Counted from the first letter of the whole stretch, positions 35,901 to 49,496 are shown. The stretch is 63,715 nucleotides of DNA, filler included, from Choristocarpus tenellus KU-1152 (GCA_964200185.2; 13 parts of 13 records of this genome joined end to end with filler, not necessarily neighbours in it); one strand, 5' to 3'. Notes: generated from the sequence alone by a model not told the origin. A program made the numbers and translations.

Positions 35901-36159
35901 GAGTGAAAGTATCTTAGAGGGAAGGAGTTTCACCCTGTTTGTCCGTTAGGGACTTTGCTTCCCACGGTTTTCTTAAATGACATTTTCTTACTCTAAAATG
36001 TTTCGAACAAGGTATAATGTACATATTATTAAAAGATGTGTCCGGAACAAGGATATTGACACTCCCTAACAAACACGATAATAGAATTTACATCAGAATC
36101 GGAACATTGGGTTTTTAACCCCAAACGGATGCAGCTCTACCCCCTACGATATTTCACTC
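35901..36159 (+). mobile_element. MITE family A, full length
   Basis: GAGTGAAAGTATCTTAGAGGG ... CCCCTACGATATTTCACTC, flanked by GGGG on both sides. Confidence 0.9.
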
Positions 36160-36182
36160 GGGGGCACAATGAGTATGTTCAG

Positions 36183-36457
36183 GCCATGGTATCCTGGAAG
36201 GGGGGATGCTTACTTAGCCCATGTTGTCTATTTGGAGTTTGATGAGGTGTGGTAAGATAACCGAATTTGATGCCCGTTTTGTGGGTGATTTTCCTTTGAA
36301 TTTGGTTCAGGCAGGGGATGGGAGAGGAAGGTGCGTTCAGATCAAGGAAATTACAGTTACATCTGATATGTTCACCCAAGTGACATGGAAATCACTATAG
36401 GGTCACACAGGCCCCCAATAGACGCATATCACCACCCCCTCTAGGATACTATGGGTC
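36183..36457 (+). mobile_element. MITE family D, copy 2
   Basis: Ends CCCCCTCTAGGATACTATGGGTC (reverse complement GACCCATAGTATCCTAGAGGGGG). Homologous to 32625-32911; a third similar end lies at about 31720-31772. Confidence 0.65.
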
Positions 36458-37172
36458 TTTGGCGAGTTCCTTCCATTCCATGGCACGATGTCGAAACTCT
36501 GTTGCATTGTTCACATGCCATGGGAGGAAGAAATAAGACTGCTCAGCTTGAGCGAGTGCTCTGTGGAGAGTAGTGCTGCACACACCCTCACCATATTAAT
36601 GAGGTTGTTCCGGTTACCACAGGGACTGGCACCGCCGCTGAAATCTAACCACCGGGATGAAGAAGTGCTGAGGGGAGTGCCAAGGTTCTCTCGAAAGAGG
36701 CCAAGGTGGTATATTGAGTGCAACAAGGACGACGACGGGTGGATCTCCAGCAAGACTGATGGGTGCAAGGCAAGATCGTACTGGCCACATTTAGGACTAG
36801 AAAGATGCAGTTCTTTCCCATGGGTCTATCACACCTCTACAGCAGTTGGCGCTAACTTAGCTGCACTGTATGATAGGTTAAAAAAAATCACTTGTATTTT
36901 ATATACCCAGTTCAACTGTTTTGTTTGCGTGTTTTGATTATATCAGGACCGGTGGGGTCAATACTTCACACCTGGTGTAGCTATGTCCTGATGGAGTGAT
37001 GCAATCTCCTGCTGTTTTTGAATCCAACAGCTTGAACTCAATGGATACACTCCGATTCTTGCCTCTAAGAGCTCAACAGCAGCAGCACCCTGTGGCTGGT
37101 GTTGTCTCATCAGCCTTCAGAGCACTCTACTCGACATCTCTTACATTCTCTATCATAATTTGGAGGCTTGAT

Positions 37173-37294
37173 GAGTGAAAGTATCTTAGAGGGTACGAGT
37201 TTTGCCCTGTTTGTCCATTTGGGGCTTGGCTTCTCTTGGGGTTTTTCATGACCCCCAAATGGACGCGGCTCTACCCTCTAAGATACCTTGGCTC
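37173..37294 (+). mobile_element. Internally deleted 122-bp MITE family A derivative
   Basis: Both TIRs and both GTCCATTTGG/CCAAATGGAC boxes are retained and the middle is lost. Flanked by TGAT/TGAT. Confidence 0.88.
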
Positions 37295-37315
37295 TGATTC
37301 CTTACTAGTGCTTTG

Positions 37316-37319
37316 TGTA

Positions 37320-37342
<23 letters not shown>
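37316..37342. repeat. (GT)n microsatellite
   Basis: Seen directly. Confidence 0.9.
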
Positions 37343-37353
<11 letters not shown>

Positions 37354-37649
37354 CATATGTGTGGTAGTTTCATTTTATTTTGCAAAGTAAAGGAAACTCT
37401 TTGCATGCTTGAAGAACATTTAGTATGCCTTACGAGTGGAACTAAGTTTTTTCCTTTCTCTTACCACTAGTGAAGTGTTGTGTCCTCTCCTCCTGGCCCC
37501 CTTTTGACCCCTTCTCTTCATTGATGATGCTGCCGAATAGTTTTGAAGAAGAGGAGACACTCAAGCATGCTTCAACCACCCCCAGCACAGAACTATGGTG
37601 CAAACATGCCATCCTTGAAAAAGATATGCTAACCTGCACAATCTATTTC

Positions 37650-38200
37650 AGCTTTAAAATGGCAAAAAAATCCTTACACAGTTCCCCAGCAGGTATCAAA
37701 GTATTTGAGTAGCCAATAGGGAAATTATGTAAAGGTCCTCTTGTCACAATGAGATATAGGGGAGGCACAACAATGTTCCTTTGAAGCAATGAAGATGCAT
37801 GTACTCTTTGTCTTTAATCAATGCTACGCATGCTCATCAAACAGAGTGCTAACAAACCTCACTCTTGATATTTCTGCATTGATCCCTTTGGGGGAAGATA
37901 TACACCTCCATATTTGTCTCAAAAACGTTCTTTCTACAGTCCTTTGCTTGAGGATAGGTATGGAATAGTCCAATCTATCACAGGTCAACTTTCTTCGCTC
38001 ATAGACATTTAAGCAGCCTAGTATATGGTCTACAACCATTAAAATAGTCCTTTGTCAACCCACAACAAATGAAGAAAGAGACCATGGCGAAATTTCAGTT
38101 CGTCTCCATTGCAACATCACTCCCCTGATGGTTCCTGAGGTTGATGTCCCTAGTATGACTCAATACAGAAGTTAGAAAATTTCAACCAACCTTGTCCAGC
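37650..38200 (-). mobile_element. Very degenerate Gypsy-like integrase remnant
   Basis: Minus-strand fragments ILMVVDH and PLYLI..DxRGP resemble the rve motifs ILVVVD and G.P..I.SDRGP. There are many stops. Confidence 0.3.
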
Positions 38201-38706
38201 ATGTGTAGCTATGCAGTGAGTAGCAGTAGGATTGGATCGTCTACATTGAAGTACCAAATCGATAATAAATTTCGCCTTCCATTCTCGCCTTTTCACAAAT
38301 ATCCTTACATTTTTAGAACTCCGTTACTCCTGTCACATCTGCATAGCGGGGCTTTGAGGTTGGTAGCATCACAGCACTAAAGGAACAAGCCAAGATAGGA
38401 GGGATTCGCCTACCAGGAAAGCACACTGTTACTATGGGCCACCGCTCCGTCTACACCGATACACGCTTCAACATGAGTCTCTTCCTGAAGCCTTCAAATG
38501 TGATCCGTGTGAGGGAAGAGTACTGTAAGGTAGTGGGAGTCGAGGAAGATCGGATTTGTTTGGACAAGGTTTGGCGTGGACAAGATGATGACGGAGTTGT
38601 CATTTTCAAGATGCTCCTCAGTGCAAGGCAGGAAGCTTCGATGAGGTACAGCTCAGCTAGCCTAGATTGTTCGTGGTTCTGGGGCTGGGGCAGAACAGGC
38701 CCTTTG

Positions 38707-38727
38707 GGGTCAAAGTATCTGGGGGGG
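38707..38727. mobile_element. MITE family B terminus at contig end
   Basis: GGGTCAAAGTATCTGGGGGGG, then the gap. Confidence 0.75.
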
Positions 38728-38827
38728 NNNNNNNNNNNNNNNNNNNNNNNNNNNNNNNNNNNNNNNNNNNNTTAATTAATTAANNNNNNNNNNNNNNNNN
38801 NNNNNNNNNNNNNNNNNNNNNNNNNNN

Positions 38828-38935
38828 ACTCCGAAATATTTTGGACTAGGAAAATGTCATAAAAAAACCCAAGGGAAGCCAAGCTCCAAATGGACAAGCA
38901 GGGCAAAACTTGTACTCTCTAAGATACTTTCACCC
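38828..38935 (-). mobile_element. MITE family A, partial copy at contig start
   Basis: ...CCAAATGGACAAGCAGGGCAAAACTTGTACTCTCTAAGATACTTTCACCC is the reverse complement of the A left end. Confidence 0.85.
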
Positions 38936-41320
38936 AATTCCCTAAGGCTGTAGGTTGGCGTTTCTTTTACTAAAGCATTTTCTAATTGGAAAAACGGACT
39001 TGAAAACAGTGCTGACCGGTCAGCCACTGCAAAGATCTGTGTGCACCATTTTCCTTCTTCATTGGCCAGTGCTACATTACCTCTGGGCGGCCCAAATGAA
39101 CTCCCCCCCACCCCCCACCCTTGTCATGGAGGTGCCTAAGGTGGAGGAGTGTGGACTCTGAGTATTAATGCCCCGTTTGAGCAGGTTAAGTGGTGGGCTT
39201 TCACTAAACAACTGACAGCCTAGTAGATATGTGCCCTCAAAGGAAGGAGTTGCCCACATTGCAGAGCTACTCTTGAGGAGTATGCTACTCAGGTCATTTT
39301 AGAATTTACAAAGTGCAGCTAATTTTTTCCAGCACCAGCTGGTCAATGGTATAATCTGACTGCAAACACTACAGCTGCCTGCCCATCTTTGCAAGACACT
39401 ATTTTGCCAAGTATGGGACACGACCAAAATGATTTCAGCAACAGGATTTCCTTCAGGAATGCCAACTATGCCAGGGAATCCTTCGTACTTTCACCATAGT
39501 GCTGAAGCTTTATGGTTAATTAACATTTTTTTTCTGTTGATTCTCTGGAGAAATAAGAAGTAGAGGTTTGACTAAGGACAAGCACATCTTATGCTTTGGT
39601 ATTATGTGCTTTGAGAGCTGGCAGGGTCAGTTCAATTGTCCTTATGGGGAAATTTTCACACAATGGCGGTCTGGCTCTGAGGTAGGGATTGTAAGTGAGA
39701 GTCGGTACATCTGACTGTGCTGTCTTGAACACTTCAGAGACTAGATTGACCAAGGGTCAAGAGCATGATTCTTCGACAAAGCTATTGCACTCTACATAGC
39801 AGGAACCGACTCTGCACTGTTTCCGCGCAAGCCTCTTGCTTGGCTACAGCTGTGGTCATCATCGTTGCAGAGTGGGTTCAACTTCCGTTTCCAATAGTTA
39901 CCTCTTTGAAAAGGCATGAAGAAATATGTGTACAGACAAACACAAAAAGGGACTTGACCAGAAACTCAAACATAGTCCTCTCCCCTCAGCCCACTACTTT
40001 TCCTTCCAGACTTCACATTTCTTGATTGTGTACCTTGTCACCACTTCCAAAATGTTGTTAGTCCAGCAACAAACTCGGAACTCTCATGTTTATTTTGAGT
40101 CGCACAGGCAAGGGTTCTCCAACTGGAGAATGAGATCAGGGAGATGGACACTGCTAGAAGGTATGCATATCATATCGACAGACACACTTTGGAGAAAACA
40201 GGGACCCACCACGCCATAGTTGTATTGGCATGAACAACAGAAGGGTGCCCTAACTAACAGCAGCAGCATCCCTATGACCTCCCATTGACAGTCCACACCA
40301 AGAGCATCCCCCCCGCATCCCCAGATTTGCCACGCTCATTAGATAGTGGACTCGGTCTGTTGACTCTCTTTCCTCTGCCTTCCCATGTCTCCAGTACTAT
40401 GATTCTACCAACTAGGACTGAGGGCGGCCACCCGCCCTATCATATCCTACTCAGAAACTTCTTACGCTACACTTCTCGTCAGTCTTTCTTTATATGTATC
40501 TACCCCAACTTATCTCCATTCACCTATTTCAGCATATTTACACACCCCACCGTACCTCATTTCTTCACCTTCCCTGGCTCATTACACCCCCCTGCTGCCT
40601 ACCTCTTCTGCTCCCTCCATGTATAGGCGCTGGCTCAAAGATAGTGCTTCAACTCGTGGAAAGGGTTCAAATCTTGAGCGACGACTTGCTGGTGGGGCAG
40701 GAGGGCTTCGGACCTTCCTTTTTGGGCCTTGTGCGGGGCTAGAGGTTTGCTATATTTAGTATTCCTGTTCTTGTGAGTGTCCGTTGGGATATGTGTTTAC
40801 TTTGATGTACCACAGCAGCATCAAGGTAGTTGTTATTGGTGTGGCATCATTTCCATCATCATCGCTGTCATCATCTCTACATATATATCTTCACAGAGTG
40901 GTTGAACGGGTATCAAGCCCCCTCGAAAGATAGAGCATAGGAAAAGTAAAGCAAATCAAAACCAAGTGAGCAGAAGGAAATGTAACATATCGAAACTCAA
41001 GTAAGAAGAGTGAATTAAGAGGGATAAGGTCCAGACCTTAGTCGATAGCATCTAACAAAGAGGAGGACATCATTTAAGACACCAGCATCATCAAGGTTCT
41101 AGGAAATTCAAGGTCACACCTGTCTATCCAAACATCTCTCATCACAAGCACCACAGGACAGAAACTGAAAAAAGTTCACGTCAAGAGCGGCAATTTGGTT
41201 GGGCAATTGGATCAGCCATAAAAAAGAGAGTGCTTAATGATACAAGAGATTAGTCATTTACTTTTAAGGGGTCCTAAGTGTCCTTTGCTGTCCAAACTCA
41301 ATGTTCCCCCCTCATCCTCT

Positions 41321-41501
41321 GGCTTAAAGTATCTGGGAGGGAGATTCTGTCTATCCATTTGGGGCCCATTCTTCCATGTCACGATTTTTGGGTGATTTGA
41401 TTGCATGAGTCGGATGGATAACATAAGTGCACATTTCTGGGTCAGGGCCCAAATGGACACCCTGGTATAGACCCACCCCCCCCCCCCCCCCCCCCCCCCC
41501 C
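41321..41501 (+). mobile_element. MITE family B, ending in expanded poly-C near the contig end
   Basis: GGCTTAAAGTATCTGGGAGGG...TCCATTTGGGG...CCAAATGGACACCCTGGTATAGA+poly-C. Confidence 0.85.
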
Positions 41502-41616
41502 TCGACATTCCACCTCNNNNNNNNNNNNNNNNNNNNNNNNNNNNNNNNNNNNNNNNNNNNTTAATTAATTAANNNNNNNNNNNNNNNNNNNNNNNNNNNN
41601 NNNNNNNNNNNNNNNN

Positions 41617-44600
41617 TCAGTCCAACAATAAAACCCAACTTGAAATCAACTTATCCTGTAAACTTCAAATCTTAATTCCACACATGGACAAACAAACTCA
41701 TGACACACTCCCCTGCTCAGTCCATTCATCATGAATCCAATGAGCTCAATCGGCACACTACCCCTTACTCACAGTGCATGATAGTTCTAGTCTGAAACTC
41801 AAACACATTACCACTCAAAGACTTCGTGAACCAATCTCCATGTTGTTCACCAGAGTTTACATAAATGATCTTTACCTTCCCCTCTTTTACTAGGTTTCTA
41901 GCATAATGATATCTGATATCTATACGTTTTGTCCTACCCCCTGAAGCTGTCTTCTCAGCCAACCTGATTGCCCCACTTTTGTCTTCAAACAATCGACACA
42001 ATACTCGTGTAGAGTTGGCTCCAAAAAATATTGTACATGTTGCAAGAACATAACCTCTTTGGCCAAATCACATAACGACACATACTCGGCCTCAGTGGTA
42101 GACAAAGCAACAGTTTTCTGCATTTTGGACCACCAGCTCACACATGCACCCCCAAGCATTACCACGCCACCAGACACAGAAAATCTTGAAATCACACAAT
42201 TTGCATAATCAGCATCAGCATAGCCGATGACATGGTCCCTGGGTGTATTCCCGTAAAAACTGAAATCACCATAGGTCAATCCTCTACTGCTTGTCCTCAA
42301 CAAATACCCAATAAATCTCTCAGCCCCCTTCCAATCCTTCACCGTAGGGTTTACACATTTCATTGCTAGGCTCCTTACTGCAGATGATATATCGGGTCTG
42401 GTCATAATGGACGCCCACATCAAGCTCCCAACCATTGCACGATAACCGTCTCTTACTGGGCCCTCCTCAACAAACTCTTTGGTTGCAACAGCAGGAAGAT
42501 CACAGCCAGTTCTGATCCCACATTTAGCCGCCAAGTTTTTAACGTATACCTGCTGGTCTATGGAAACAGTCCCTAGTCTACAATCCCTGTTTATGTGGCA
42601 TCCCATAAACTGCCCCTTCTCCCTAAGGTACTCCACTGGGAATTTCTTATTCAGTCCCTGAACTATACTCAAAGCATGTTTAAACCCCTTGCTTGCCATA
42701 AGCATGTCATCTACATGAATGAGCATGATCAACACCAGTTCCCCATCCAATATCCATCTAAATACACAAAGATCAGCCTCATATTGCTCCAGTCCTAGCT
42801 CCAATAATGATGTTACAAGCAAAGCATTCCAATTCCGTGATGCTTGTACAATCCCATATAGTGATATCTGTAGCTTCCCAACTGCCCCATCAAATTCAGC
42901 CACCACCCCTTCTGGCAGCTCCACATATAAGTCTTCCTCCAAGTCTGCATTAGTGAAAGCCCTCACTGCATCTGCCATATTCAGGTCCCATCCCAACCGT
43001 GCTGTCAAAGCCAGAATCATCCGCAGGCTTGACATTTGTGCTGTTGGTGAGAATTTTTCATGCCAGTCAATTCCAGGCTGTTGTCTGAATCCTTGTACTA
43101 CCAGTCTTGCCTTCCATCTCTCCACCAAGCCCACTGCATTCACCTTCCTCGAAAAAATAAATTTCAAGACATTTGCAGTAGTTGGTCTTGGAACCTGGAC
43201 CCACGTGCCTTGAGCAATTAATCCTTCAATTTCTGCATAGATAGCCTCAAGCCACTCCTTAGACTCTCGAGACTCAAGTGCTTCCTTCACAGTGAGAGGT
43301 ACTGGAGGCAAATCACTCGCTGGAGTATCCCCTGGCCAACCCAGTCCCAACTCACCACCAATCATATCCTCCACCTTATGTCTGACCACAAAGGCTGTTC
43401 GTCTAGTGGTTCTCTTCCGTGCCAGGGGAGGTTGTGATGGCCCCACATTATACTCCCGGAGCCGAGACAGCATCCTGGGTTCAGAGGGTTGTGACTGCCC
43501 TCCTGACCCAAGCCTCCCACTCCCCTGCTGTGGAGGTGACGCATCTCTGTCCTCATTGGTTTGATCAGAAATCCTCATCCCAGATTCCAATTGCTTTTCT
43601 TCTGCATTCCCTGACCCCATGTGTTCCCCCACATTAATGTCTTCAACCATATCCTCCAAAAAATCCCAGTCTCTTTATCACTCGAATCCCCAGGTGTTAT
43701 TTCCCCACTCGTGATCACTGGAAAAAATTCTTCCCCCCTCCACAGTGGTAATCCTGAGGATTGATGTCGGGTGTCATCATGCAGGTTACTATCCCACATG
43801 GACTCCCAACTAATGTCCCTGCGCATCACGAGTCGCCCTGTACGTGCCAGTAGAATCCGGTGAGTGTGGGAAGGGTATTGGTTAAGTGGTGCAACACCCA
43901 TCATAAAACAGAGTTCAGCACGTGGTGAAGACTTTGTGGGTCGATTGTCTATGCGAGCATATCCACGGCTACCCCAAATTGGAATTTGGGTCACATCTGC
44001 AGGAAGTCTGTGCCATAGTTCCCATGGAGTTACCCCGTCAGTATTTGCAGATGTAGGTGTCATGTTGGTAAGACCATTTGCGTGTGACATCGCCTCTGCC
44101 CACAAGGTCCCATCTTTCTCCAATCTCGCACCATATCGCAGTACAAGTGACTTTTCCCAAGCCACTGCAATTCTTCTTTCAACCACTCCATTGTACTGAG
44201 GTGCACCAGGTACAGTGTGTTCGTGTCGATGCCGTACTTCTCCAGCATCGACTCAAAAGCAGCCCCAGTAAATTCCGTCCCACAGTCCGTCCGCTTTGAT
44301 CTCTATCGCAGCAGGCTTCGCCACGTCGATCAGGAATCTCTCAAATGCTGACGATGTTGTTTGATCACTTTTGGTCCTTAAGTAGTACCCGAAACTCATT
44401 CGAGTGTAGTCATCCACCACGAACATTGCATAGTAGTACCCCTTCCCCTTACTAGGATGTTCTTTTGGTCCCGTTAAGTCCACAAACACGCGCCCCCCCT
44501 TCTCCGAGGCCCGATTCTCAGTCTCCTTTGGTATTGGATGCCGATATCCTTTTCCGAGTGAGCAACCTCGACAAAATGGTCCCCAAGTCCCAGTCAGTAA

Positions 44601-45049
44601 GATATTCTGACTAGCAGTGTATTTCCGAACCATCCCCTGGTGAAAATGACCTAGTCGTACACGAAGCTCATTGATGTTCATTGATGCATTTTTCCGGGTT
44701 AGGTGAATTCTTGGTTTGCCAGACGTTGCATCAGATGTAGGGACATTAGGAGTATCAGAGCTGTTCCTCACACCCACTCTACACATCCCCAGGGAGAATA
44801 ATTCCTCCTCCCCCAATGACGTGAAGGTGGTGTTTCTTTCCCCATTGTCCTTGAAAGTCGATATTCTGGTGGAGTCAGAAGAGCTTGGGTGGTACTAGAA
44901 CCTGGAGGAGATCCTGCGACCATCATTAACCGGCAGGAGGCTCTTATAATGGAGTTAGGAGTTGAAGAGCTTGGGAGGTACCGTCTCGGAGGAAGATCGA
45001 GTGGGGTGGCTTCAAAATTCACTTGGCGAGGAATATCTGGACATCATGT
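41617..45049 (-). mobile_element. Ty1/Copia LTR retrotransposon: frameshifted pol (GAG-pre-integrase, rve integrase, RT, RNase H) plus PPT and start of the 3' LTR
   Basis: Domain order IN-RT-RH. Motifs: LRVRLGH..FCRGCSLGK; VFVDLTGP..FVVDDYTRMSF; NGVVERR; WKARLVVQGFRQQPGID; LYGIVQASRNW; IHVDDML; YADADYA..SWWSKMQKTVALSTTEAEY; RTKRIDIRYHY..QHGDWFTKSL. Several frameshifts. A purine tract followed by TG lies at 41770-41757. Confidence 0.95.
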
Positions 45050-45163
45050 NNNNNNNNNNNNNNNNNNNNNNNNNNNNNNNNNNNNNNNNNNNNTTAATTA
45101 ATTAANNNNNNNNNNNNNNNNNNNNNNNNNNNNNNNNNNNNNNNNNNNNTTTGTTTTTTTATT

Positions 45164-45202
<39 letters not shown>

Positions 45203-46353
45203 TTGGTTAGTTTTTTTTTTTTTTTTAAATTTTTTTTTTTTTTTTTTTTTTGGGGGGGGGGGGCATGGGCGAAGCAGGCTTGTTAACTAGGCGTATATGG
45301 CGTGAACCTTAACCCTGAGTTTATCTTGTCGACTTGAAGGCAAGTCTGTACCCATTGGACAGTGAACATATTCACTACACAAGTTGGTCTAATCTTGTTA
45401 CACAAGAAATGTCATTCCCCTCACGACTGGTGCTGCAGAGGCACTGTTGGGCAAATGTTACGTTCTTTGGGGTTAGGGTTAGGGTTAGGGTTATTGTCTG
45501 ATTCGGCACCGTTCTCGCTTGGCGAGCCCAGATGTAATGGATGTTGTTGTGAGAAGAGGCGTTGTAGGTTTTTAATTGACTTGAGTGTTGTATATTACCC
45601 TGTACATTAGATAATGTAGGGCATGCGGGTTGAGAGTTGTCCTTGGTAGAGATATTATAGAGCAACTGGGCTCAAGCGTTGTTTTGGACAGGATACTTGA
45701 ATGTGGTCGAAGCATGGGTCTAATACACGCCAACACCATAGACGATAACAGAGGTTGAAGGAGGTTTTCCTATACAAGGCAGTTTGTGTATAGAACACTG
45801 TGCTAAGGACACTCTAGAGAGTGATTAGCCCGAGGTAATTTTTTTTTTTGTGAAGAGGGTGTTATGTGCAAAGTGGTGCTGACCATCGTCCTCTGACAAC
45901 AGGCATTATGGGCCAAACACAAGCGGTGAATTGTAGTGTGATTGTAGTGAATTGTAGTGTGATTGAATCGCCACGATTCGGTTAAATCTTAACCAATAGA
46001 AAAACTTGAATTTGGGGGTGTCGATTAATCGATGAATCTATTTTATTTTTTCGAATATATTTTCATGTGCATCGTAAACTTGGCAAATAAAAAATAAAAA
46101 ATGCGCATGCTCCCCTCTCGTGTTCTATGTGTACATTTTGATTACGATCTATGCATCCCAACGAGTACATTCAAAATTTTATCGTTCTGATAAAAAAATA
46201 AAAAAAATCTCCTAAAAAGGATTAAAAGTTTTGGTTCGTAGCACTGGCTACAATAGGTTCGATCATGGTGTTGACTACTGGTGTGAAGTACTGTCCCTCT
46301 CCCCTCCCTCTCCTTGATTATCACTGCCTCCCTCTGTTTCCTCCTTGGCACAG

Positions 46354-48161
46354 GGTGCGGGTGTGTTGGAGGGTTTCAACCTGTTCATGAAGTACGACTA
46401 TATCAAGGGTATTTTTGCGATGTCCTGCTTGTTCATGGTAGAGGTTACGATCCTCGACTACATGATGAAGGCAAGCCAGTAGGCAGTGGAGACCAGCAAG
46501 CATCGCCTGACAATAAATAATGTATACCCACTCAACCTGCAGTCGCTCTGACATGCCTTCTTAGCCCAGCGCTTTTTTTTTATGTCTGAAGATTAGTGGG
46601 GAGGTACAGCCGTACGAGGGGGGCTAGGGCTTATGGCGATGAGATGAGATGAGATGAGATTAGGGTGTTTGCTGCCTTTTTGGTTCTACTCCTCCCATCG
46701 TTTGTTGTGCATTACCTGTGATTAGACATGCACTGGTTGGAATTTTTGTGACCTGGAGAATTCAACGGCCTGTTTTTTTTCTGTATTTGGTGTTAATACT
46801 GTTAATACTGTTAGTTACTAGTGTTGTTAGTCTTGCTACTATTACTACGTTTAGTTACTAGTGTTATTAGTCTTACTACTGTTACTACTGTTGGTTACTA
46901 GTGCTGTTAGTCTTACTACTATTACTACGTTTAGTTACTAGTGTTGTTTGTGCTTGCCTTTTCCTGTCTATATCAGTTTGTTGTGTACTCGGATTGGAAG
47001 AGTGATGTGCATAATAAGTTTTTGGAAAACGTCAGCGGATTCCGGTATAGGTAGAATTAGGGTTAGGGTTACCTATATGAGCACGTACAATGTTCTTTGT
47101 AGGGCACCCCTCTCACCTTCACAACCTCTGCAGTTTAACCCTGTAGTACCACAGTGTCTGTTCCCAACCAGTTGGTTAATATATATGTAACGCCTTTGCC
47201 TGGTTGAAATCCCTGCATCTGCCTGCACCTATCCTCCCCTCCCGCCCCTTCCCATTTGTGTATTAAAAAAGTGTTTTTGTGGTGTAATTTTGTGGATAAA
47301 TAATGCAAATAAAGAAACTTGTCCTTGTGTTCTTTTTTTTTCAGAAAATGGCGGTAGAGGAGTTCAAAAGCATGTACCCTGATGATGAAGTTGTGGCAAA
47401 CAGAAAATTTGCAGCCTTCACCGGATTGTTCGGGCAGGTATGTGTTATGTGTGTGTTTATGTATGTGTTTATGTATGTGTTTATGTGTGTTTGTATGTAT
47501 GTATGTATGTATGTATGTATGTGTGTATTTTGTGTTCTGTGTGTATTAAGAATGTTCTGTGAGTGCCCTGTGACGGTTGAGATTTATGTGCTGGATTGAT
47601 CGAGCCACAGCATTTTTGGAACGCGTCAGCAGGTACTCTGTCATCAGTATGTATGTCATCAGTATGTATGTCATCAGTATGTATGTGTGTTTGTGTTTGT
47701 ATTTCGTGTGTTTTTTGTGTATTGATGGTATACCTTACAACATCATGCTCATCTGCTGACCCCCCCCAGTAACTGTTTGGTGGGAAACCTCCGATTTTTC
47801 CCTTAATAAATGATCGATTCAAAGGTTTTTGGTCTTACTTTTGGAACCATATTATATGTTTATGTATGTATATATATGTATTTATTTTTTTATTGCTTTT
47901 ATCAATTGCATCACACCACTACACTATTTTTAATTACTGTTTATTTCTACTTATTTGTTTGTTTTGTACTGTTTTTTTTTCACATTTATGGATATGCCTC
48001 TCTTTTGTCCCTCTCAGGTGACGAATACGATATCATTCACTTTCTCCCTCCTGGGTACCTCCATGGTTATCCGCCGGTTAGGGCTCAAGATGACTCTCCT
48101 TGCATTCCCTGTTCTCTGTGTAGCTGTGGTGTTGATGGTCATGGCACGATCAGAACTCTAT
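46354..48161 (+). CDS. NTT/TLC-family nucleotide (ATP/ADP) transporter, 3 internal exons
   Basis: Phase-0 exons 46354-46470 ([37 protein letters not shown]|GCAAGC), 47345-47437 (..[10 protein letters not shown]) and 48018-48161 ([31 protein letters not shown]..). These match the C-terminal half of TLC/NTT MFS carriers. Confidence 0.8.
46793..46945. repeat. AT-rich compound tandem repeat (ttagttactagtg/ttactact units) in the NTT intron
   Basis: gttactagtgy recurs four times with tactact spacers. Confidence 0.8.
47438..47690. repeat. (TATG)n microsatellite and (TCATCAGTATGTATG)3 in the NTT intron
   Basis: Seen directly. Confidence 0.85.
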
Positions 48162-49496
48162 GTGAGCAAGAAATGTCCCCTGCCACCCCCCATACCCAAC
48201 ACCCTGTCCCTGGCAATCTAGATTGATATTTTTTCTTGTTTTTTTTTATTTTTTATTTTAAGTTTTTGTTGTTTACATCCCTCGTTCATTTTTTATTATT
48301 AGTTGGATGGGTTGACTTCTGTTTTTTGTATTTATGTACTTGTATGGTATTTTATCCCACTCAGAAAGTTCTTGATCTTTCTGAATCAAATATCTTCTTT
48401 CTTGTACCGTTGTATTTTTTAATTTCATTTTATAGTATGATGATATGTATGTTGGTGAAGAAGTGGCAGAAAAGAGTTAAGCGATCGATCTACCCTGTAC
48501 AAATAGTTCATATAGAAATAGGCCCCCAGTTCTTTGTTCTATGTTAGCTCCTGTAATAGTACATGAGTAGGACATACTGATCTTTTCACACAGAAAGGCA
48601 AAGAGTGTTGTCGATTCTCAAGGGCCCTTATGACTATGTCCAGTGGGGAGTATGTTCTGAGTAATACTGTGGAGGGTGCCTTAAGGAAACAATGTGTTAA
48701 CCAGTCTATAATCTTCCACACACACACACACACATCCCTATATAGAGTTAACTGCATCTGAGGTATAGATATGGTGTATATTACACAGGGTTCAACATGG
48801 CGTTGAACTCCAAAGGTGCCAAAGTCTACCCCTCTCTTGGTTGGTTTCACTCAAAGGTCATTTCCGACAGAATCCCTCCAGAATTTCCACAACGTAGAGG
48901 ACAGTGTACAGACGCCTGCACTCCCTGGACTGTGGGAAACCCTACGGTCTTTGTATATGAATAGCACCACCTTGGAAGGCCTTTTTAAGGTATTTGTTGT
49001 TCATTGTGGATCACAGGAGTCGAGCATTCCCTGGTTTTTCAAACCCGTAACCCTAAGTTTGACTATTGTTGGGACTTGCCGTGATGAGTGATCGCGACGC
49101 TACTGCAGTCACCTCTGGATCGGCTTTCTTTTCCTTGTACAGGCGATGTATGGTAGTATGGTACTATCGTCTCGAAGTGTTAGAAGACTGGTGTAAAATC
49201 AACCTTGAGCATTTTTACGGGGAAGGAAGGCGTGTATGCTATTGGCGTTCGTTCGTGTTCATGTATAGTGCATTATAATATTTAGGTTAGCAGTAGAACT
49301 ACCTTTCCCCCCTTGTATTGAATCAACTCTCCCCCCCCCCCCCCCCCCCCCCCCCCCCGCTCTGCGTTAATACTATCACGTTATTGTATTAATTACNNNN
49401 NNNNNNNNNNNNNNNNNNNNNNNNNNNNNNNNNNNNNNNNTTAATTAATTAANNNNNNNNNNNNNNNNNNNNNNNNNNNNNNNNNNNNNNNNNNNN

